Part shown: piece after piece, positions 62,764 through 64,000 of the stretch
How the letters are laid out: the number at the start of each line of letters is the position of its first letter
How positions within the stretch are numbered: position 1 is the first letter of the stretch
DNA from: Selaginella moellendorffii
Taxonomy: Eukaryota; Plantae; Lycopodiophyta
DNA: 64,000 bases
Direction of reading: 5' to 3'
Assembly (NCBI RefSeq): GCF_000143415.4
Contig: NW_003314270.1
Coordinates: 1,106,722 to 1,170,721 of the forward strand
Notes under the pieces: generated by a model
The model's input: the letters and a program-made list of their open reading frames with translations, nothing else
The model's database searches: none
What the model was told of the DNA's origin: nothing
Made by a program: the position numbers and the translations under genes

Positions 62764-64000
62764 ATGGCAAGGGTAGGACGTAAGCGAACCCAGGCGGAGA
62801 CAGAACCTCCTCCAGAGCTGGAGCCTCCGGTCGAACAGGAGGCTATGGATGAGGAATCGTTGCATGAGGAGGACTCTAGTGAGGCAACTTCCAAACAAGA
62901 GTCCGGTAGTGAGGTTCGGTCGTCCAAGGCTCGATTCGACGTTCTAGAAGGACAATTGGCACAGACCAATGCCCTGCTAGAGACTCTCGTACGCAAGCTA
63001 AAGCATGATGAGAAGCGGAAAAAAAAGCAAAAGACTGCGGATGCTGGCAGCGCAGAAGGTGCGGACCCTTTGGCAGGGACTGAGGCAAAACCAGACAAGG
63101 TCGAACAGACCAAAGTGGAATCAGTCCCTCAGGCAGTTCCCAAGTACAAACCGAAGCCCCCACCGGTCTTCAAGGGAGTGAATGACTATAAGGTGGTGGA
63201 GGATTGGTTTTACGATATGGAGGACTACTTCCGAGCATTGCGATTACCGAGCTCGGAGAAGGTCCCATGTGCAAAACCATACTTGGCAGATAATGCCAAG
63301 TCTTGGTGGAGAACGACAGAGGCCAATGAAGGACCGGTGGCCACTTGGGAAATGATGAAGGTGAGGATCCGCGCAACTTACGTTCCTCCGAATGTTACTC
63401 TGCATCTAAGGGATGAGCTGAGTAGGCTGAAGCAGACCGGAACCATTTAGGAGTATGTGAATGGGTTTATGGCAAAGAGGATACTTGTCACGGACATGGG
63501 GGATATGGATGCGTTCCATGCCTTCATATCAGGTTTGCAAACCTGGGCTCGCGGCGAAGTAATGCGGTGGAACCCGACCAACTACAAGGAAGTGTTGGAT
63601 GCGGGCATCAAGGTGCATTTCAATGATAACCTGTGAAAGGGGAACACGACGGGGTCGGGATCCACGTTTAGCAAAGGGGCCAAACCAAGGGGAACGTTTA
63701 GCAGAGGGAAATTCAAGAGGAGTTTCTCTAAGAATGAGTCCTCGGGGTTCCGGAAAGGCAAATCCGGTGGCCAGCGAGCGAGTACGTGGGGGAGTCAAGT
63801 GAAAAGAGACAAACCCACGGATAAGAAGGTCAAGTCGTATAGCAGCGTGGGAAACAACGTATGCTACAACTGCGGTGAAGCGGGACACTTCTCGAGGGAA
63901 TGTCCCTACCCGAAGAAGGCCAGAGCCAATATGGCCATCAAGTCGGGTGAAGTCCAAACGGAGGTATGTGATCCAATCCCTAACTCAAAGTTACTCATTA
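62764..64000 (+). mobile_element. Gypsy gag ORF with two premature stops; continues off the window
   Basis: PPVFKG...VEDWFYDMEDYF...AKSWW...LKQTGTI*EYVNGF. In-frame TAG at 63448 and TGA at 63634. Zinc knuckle CYNCGEAGHFSREC at 63862-63903. Confidence 0.92.

Overview
Gene-dense plant nuclear DNA. It is most likely from the lycophyte Selaginella (S. moellendorffii-like), inferred from 50-65 nt introns, very short intergenic gaps, several intronless PLS-class PPR genes and a retained ciliary gene (CYB5D1). GC-rich conserved genes: a WD40 protein, three PPR-E genes, MTV1, galactokinase, a ZCCHC10-like protein, a BLT/At5g41620-like coiled-coil protein, CYB5D1, a subtilase, MCM2, an ANTH clathrin adaptor, NRDE2, a peptidase C45 gene and ACBP. 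These are interrupted by AT-rich islands with TE debris and intact, intronless secreted-protein genes. One resembles the Bacillus stress/antifungal protein YvgO; another joins an unknown domain to a GNA-type mannose lectin. The last ~13 kb is mobile DNA: a decayed Helitron with an inserted host exon and templated filler DNA, then a mosaic of gene fragments (Wee1-like kinase, HxGH nucleotidyltransferase, PPR), RPA70-like and FCP1/HAD-like ORFs, and the 5' LTR and gag of a Ty3/gypsy element. All family assignments come from motif recognition by eye and from memory; no searches were run.
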